A program made the translations under genes and the position numbers. A DNA stretch of 32,000 nt, from assembly GCF_000186885.1 (NCBI RefSeq), contig NC_014972.1, forward strand, positions 1,050,001 to 1,082,000. The letters are read 5' to 3'. Every line of letters begins with the position of its first letter. Position 1 is the stretch's first letter. Positions 28,173 through 32,000 of the stretch are shown one piece after another. The DNA comes from Desulfobulbus propionicus DSM 2032 (GTDB lineage Bacteria > Desulfobacterota > Desulfobulbia > Desulfobulbales > Desulfobulbaceae). The notes beneath the pieces are model-generated. The model made no database searches. It was not told the DNA's origin and was given only the letters and a program-made list of their open reading frames with translations.

Positions 28173-28952
28173 ATGCCGTTCCTTGAACTGGACAGTCAAT
28201 ATCGCCTTCATTACCAGATCATTGACGGTCGGTCTGACCGTCCGTGGTTGCTCTTCCTTCACGAAGGATTGGGTTCCGTTGATCAGTGGCAGGACTTTCC
28301 CGATCAACTGTGCGAGCGCACCGGCTGTCCAGGGTTGCTCTATGATCGGCTCGGCTACGGCCAATCGTCGCCGCTTCAACGCAGTAGAACCATCCACTAT
28401 CTGCATGCCTACGCCCTGCAGGAACTGCCACGGGTGATCGAAGCCCTGATCCCTGGCCAGCCCTTCCTCCTCATCGGTCATTCCGATGGCGGCAGCATCA
28501 GCCTCATTTTCGGCGCGGAACGGCCATCCTTGCTCAAAGGCATGATCACGCTCTCGGCTCACGTTTTTGTCGAGCAGGTCAGTCTGGATGGCATCCAGCA
28601 GGCCCGGGAGGCGTTTACCCAAGGAAAATTGACGTCGGGACTTGCGCGATATCACGGTGACAAGAGCGAGACAATGTTCCAGGCCTGGGCGGAAACCTGG
28701 ACCAGTCCCTGGTTCCGATCCTGGAACATCGAATATCTGCTCCCCGCCATCGAGGCGCCGCTCCTGGTGCTTCAGGGCCGCGACGATCAGTACGGCACCC
28801 GCGCCCAGGTCGATGCCATTGTCGATCAATCTGGCGGTCCGGCCACCCCCTTGTTGCTGGAGGGGTGCGCGCATGCCCCTCATCTCGAGTTTCCCGAATT
28901 GGCCCTGGACTTGATGTCCTGTTTTGTCAACCGTGTACAGACCATCGGCTGA
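28173..28952 (+). CDS. alpha/beta hydrolase
   Basis: WLLFLHEGLGSVDQW, LIGHSDGGSISLIFG nucleophile elbow, APLLVLQGRDDQYGT; start 28173 preferred over 28083. Confidence 0.88.
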   Translation: MPFLELDSQYRLHYQIIDGRSDRPWLLFLHEGLGSVDQWQDFPDQLCERTGCPGLLYDRLGYGQSSPLQRSRTIHYLHAYALQELPRVIEALIPGQPFLLIGHSDGGSISLIFGAERPSLLKGMITLSAHVFVEQVSLDGIQQAREAFTQGKLTSGLARYHGDKSETMFQAWAETWTSPWFRSWNIEYLLPAIEAPLLVLQGRDDQYGTRAQVDAIVDQSGGPATPLLLEGCAHAPHLEFPELALDLMSCFVNRVQTIG

Positions 28953-28997
28953 ACGAGAATCCGAAGGACAGGGCGCGCAGTTGTTTTTCCTCCTTGC

Positions 28998-29978
28998 TTA
29001 TTTGCCTTCCGTCAGCAACTTGGCCATCTCCTTGGCGAAATAGGTGAGGATAATATCCGCGCCCGCCCGGCGGATGGCGATCAGGCTTTCGGCCATGACC
29101 CGTTCGCCGTCGATCCAGCCTTTTTCGGCAGCGGCCTTGATCATCGCGTATTCGCCGCTCACCTGATAGGCGGCCACCGGCAGGTCGAATTCGTCGTGCA
29201 ATCGGCTGATGATGTCCAGATAGGCCAGGGCCGGCTTGACCATGAGAATGTCCGCGCCCTCCTCGACATCGAGGGTGGCCTCGCGCAGGGCCTCCTTGCT
29301 GTTGGCCGGGTCCATCTGGTAGGAGCGGCGGTCGCCGAATTGGGGGGCGCACTCGGCGGCATCGCGGAAGGGGCCGTAAAAGGCGGAAGCGTATTTGACC
29401 GCATAGGACATGATCGGCACCATGTGAAAGGAATTCTCGTCAAGCGCGGTGCGGATCTCGCTCACCCGGCCATCCATCATGTCCGAGGGCGCGACCATGT
29501 CGGCGCCGGCTTGGGCATGGGACAGCGCGGTCTTGGCCAGCAGTTCCAGGGTGGCGTCGTTGTCGACCTCGTGACCGGCCAGGCAGCCGCAGTGGCCGTG
29601 ATCGGTGTATTCGCACAGGCAGACATCGGTGACCACGGTCATCTCCGGAACCTTGTGCTTCAATTCGCGGATGGCCTGCTGGATGATGCCGTTTTTCGCA
29701 TAGGCCCCAGACCCCAGGCCATCCTTCTTTTCCGGCAGGCCAAAAAGAATGACCGAGCGGACCCCCAGGGCCAAGCAGTCCTTGGCCTCCTTGGCCAATT
29801 GGTCCACTGACAGGCGGAACACGCCGGGCATGGAGGCCACTTCCTGGCGGAGCCCCTTGCCGGGAAGGACAAAGAGCGGATAGATCATCTGCTCCGGGAC
29901 GAGCCGGGTTTCACGGATCATGGCGCGAAAAGTTTCGGTGCGGCGCATTCTACGCGGGCGGAATTCAGGAAAAACCAT
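28998..29978 (-). CDS. hemB: delta-aminolevulinic acid dehydratase (porphobilinogen synthase)
   Basis: [78 protein letters not shown]. Confidence 0.97.
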   Translation of the reverse strand: MVFPEFRPRRMRRTETFRAMIRETRLVPEQMIYPLFVLPGKGLRQEVASMPGVFRLSVDQLAKEAKDCLALGVRSVILFGLPEKKDGLGSGAYAKNGIIQQAIRELKHKVPEMTVVTDVCLCEYTDHGHCGCLAGHEVDNDATLELLAKTALSHAQAGADMVAPSDMMDGRVSEIRTALDENSFHMVPIMSYAVKYASAFYGPFRDAAECAPQFGDRRSYQMDPANSKEALREATLDVEEGADILMVKPALAYLDIISRLHDEFDLPVAAYQVSGEYAMIKAAAEKGWIDGERVMAESLIAIRRAGADIILTYFAKEMAKLLTEGK

Positions 29979-30115
29979 GGGATACCTCGTGGTGAAATAA
30001 GGGTTGAGAAACGGGTCTGGTGCAACGAGAAGGAAGAACGTCGTGCGGTGCGTCTTGTCCGGTTCGGCTGGCGAGGGCCCGGTTGTGACGGGTGGCAGGC
30101 GAGCGGGACGCGGCC

Positions 30116-31480
30116 CTACTTGACCGCAATGCCCAAGGCCTTCACTTTTTTGTGCAGATGACTGCGTTCCATGCCGATCTGTTCGGCGGTTTTGGAAATG
30201 TTGCCGTCATTTTCCTCGATCTTGGCCGACAGGTAATCGGTTTCAAACCGGCGGCGCGCGTCCTTGAAGGAGAGGTGACGGTACATCGGATCAACAGGCT
30301 GTGCCGGCGGTGGATGCAGCGGCACGTTGCCGAGGAAAAGCGCCACGTCCTCCGCTCCGATTTCCTCGCCCGGGGTCATGATCACCAGCCGCTCCACCAG
30401 GTTGCGCAATTCGCGAACATTGCCCGGCCAGTGATGGCGTTGCAGCATGTCGAGGGCATCGGCGGAAAAGTGCCGCCATCCGATACCCTTATGACTGAAC
30501 TGCTTGACGAATTCGGCCACCAGCAACGGGATGTCCTCCCGGCGTTCGGCTAGATCGGGCACGACAAGCGGGACCACGTTCAGCCGATAGAACAGGTCGG
30601 CCCGAAAGTGACCCTGCTCGATCTCTTCTTCCAGATTCTTGTTGGTGGCCGCCAGAACGCGGACATCGACCTCGATGGTCCGAGAACCGCCCACCCTCTC
30701 GAACTTCTGTTCTTGAAGAATACGCAGCACCTTGGCCTGGCTTTTCTGGCTCATGTCACCGATCTCGTCGAGAAAAAGGGTCGAGCCGTTGGCTTGGTCG
30801 AATTTGCCCTTTTTGTTTTCCGTGGCTCCGGTGAAGGCGCCCTTGACATGGCCGAACAGTTCGGATTCGATCAACTCTTCCGGGATGGCGGCGCAGTTGA
30901 CCGCCACCATCGGGTGTTTGCTCCGCAGCGAATGGCGATGGATGGTCTGGGCCACCAGCTCCTTGCCGGTACCGTGTCCGCCCCGGATCAAGACCCAGGC
31001 GTCGGTGGGCGCAACCCGTTCAATCTGCTGCCGCAGGTGCGCCATCAGCGGACTGTTGCCGATCAGATGGGCAACTGCCGGTCCGTTTTCGCGCAGCAAC
31101 TGGTTGTCCCGTTCCAATTGCGCCAACTGCAGCCCCTTTTTGATCGAGAGGATGGTCTTGTCATAGGAGAGGGGTTTTTCGATGAAATCGAACGCGCCGT
31201 TGCGCGTCGCCTGCACTGCGGTTTCGATGGTGCCGTGTCCGGAAATCATGATCACCGGCAGGCTGAACCGCTGCTTGATCAGCCGCAGCGCCTCGAGCCC
31301 ATCCATGCCCGGCATCCAGATGTCGAGGAGAATCAAGCTGATATTTTTTTCGTCCAGCACCTGCAGCCCCTCTTCGGCGGAGGCGGCGGTCAGGGGGACG
31401 AATCCTTCGTCAACGAGAATGCCGGCAAGACTTTCGCGAATGGCGGCTTCGTCGTCAATGATGAGAATGGTGTCGGGCAT
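30116..31480 (-). CDS. sigma-54-dependent response regulator, NtrC/NtrX-like
   Basis: 454 aa from ATG 31480; receiver [27 protein letters not shown]; AAA+ with [13 protein letters not shown]; Fis-like [28 protein letters not shown]. Confidence 0.94.
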   Translation of the reverse strand: MPDTILIIDDEAAIRESLAGILVDEGFVPLTAASAEEGLQVLDEKNISLILLDIWMPGMDGLEALRLIKQRFSLPVIMISGHGTIETAVQATRNGAFDFIEKPLSYDKTILSIKKGLQLAQLERDNQLLRENGPAVAHLIGNSPLMAHLRQQIERVAPTDAWVLIRGGHGTGKELVAQTIHRHSLRSKHPMVAVNCAAIPEELIESELFGHVKGAFTGATENKKGKFDQANGSTLFLDEIGDMSQKSQAKVLRILQEQKFERVGGSRTIEVDVRVLAATNKNLEEEIEQGHFRADLFYRLNVVPLVVPDLAERREDIPLLVAEFVKQFSHKGIGWRHFSADALDMLQRHHWPGNVRELRNLVERLVIMTPGEEIGAEDVALFLGNVPLHPPPAQPVDPMYRHLSFKDARRRFETDYLSAKIEENDGNISKTAEQIGMERSHLHKKVKALGIAVK

Positions 31481-31557
31481 CGGGACGTACTGAGGGCAAG
31501 GAACAATCGGAAAAATGGCGAACCGTGGAGGGCGAGCTGGCAAACATGGGCATCATA

Positions 31558-32000
31558 TCAGGTATCCAGCGGCAGCTCAACCGCAAACACCGCCCCTGTC
31601 GGAGTGTTGTCGTAAACGCGAATGGAGCCGCCGTGCTCGCTGACAATGGTGTGGGCGATGGCCAGCCCCAGTCCGGTGCCGGATTTGCGAGTGGAAAAAT
31701 AAGGCTCGAAGATACGGAGCTTGACCTCGTCGCTGATCCCTGGGCCGGTATCGGCCACCTCCAAGCGGACGGTCGCGCCGTTCCCGCCTGGGCCGAGGGT
31801 GACCGCAATGTTGCCGCCGCCGGCGAGCACCGATACCGCGTTGTCGAGCAGATTGATGAGCACCCGCTTGATCTGTACCGCATCAAAGAGGAATTCGGGC
31901 AGGGCGGGGTCGGCATGGCAGGTGATGGTCAATTGTTTGTGCGCTTCCTGGTAGAGCACGACCACTTCCTGGACCAGGAGGCCGAGATTTTTGCGTTCCT
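31558..32000 (-). CDS. sensor histidine kinase C-terminus (partial; continues beyond window)
   Basis: RKNLGLLVQEVVVLYQ... open to base 32000; INLLDNAVSVLA, ADTGPGISDEVKLRIFEPYFSTRKSGTGLGLAIAHTIV. Confidence 0.9.
   Translation of the reverse strand, partial: ERKNLGLLVQEVVVLYQEAHKQLTITCHADPALPEFLFDAVQIKRVLINLLDNAVSVLAGGGNIAVTLGPGGNGATVRLEVADTGPGISDEVKLRIFEPYFSTRKSGTGLGLAIAHTIVSEHGGSIRVYDNTPTGAVFAVELPLDT

Overview
This 32 kb, high-GC window looks like ordinary chromosomal core sequence from a Desulfobulbales-like deltaproteobacterium (taxonomy is my inference from gene families). I see no CRISPR array, transposase, integrase, phage structural genes or recognisable defence island. Readable content: DUF362 protein (5' truncated), FabL-like enoyl-ACP reductase, metK-ahcY, trmFO, a T7 gp4/Twinkle-like TOPRIM plus RecA-like helicase, a very large HEAT / CRP-like / PilZ protein with an internal duplication, argC-truA-maf, rplM-rpsI preceded by tRNA-Gly(GCC), hisB, a lipoprotein, a long co-directional run (TtcA-like, DUF89, metallophosphoesterase, Ser/Thr kinase with C-terminal DUF1566-like domain, unknown 159-aa protein, Cache/HAMP histidine kinase, HD-GYP response regulator), SEC-C and VanZ proteins, a PEP-CTERM protein behind an AT-rich region, an alpha/beta hydrolase, hemB, and an NtrC/NtrX-type regulator with its kinase (truncated by the window end). 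Best leads: the 1429-aa HEAT/cNMP/PilZ protein with a 184-aa internal duplication, the chromosomal Twinkle-like protein with an apparently degenerate TOPRIM, the kinase/HD-GYP signalling run, the terminators placed immediately upstream of the rplM and trmFO start codons, and the AT-rich leader with a sigma-54-like element before the PEP-CTERM gene. None is demonstrated to be a new system. All calls were made by reading motifs, without database searches.
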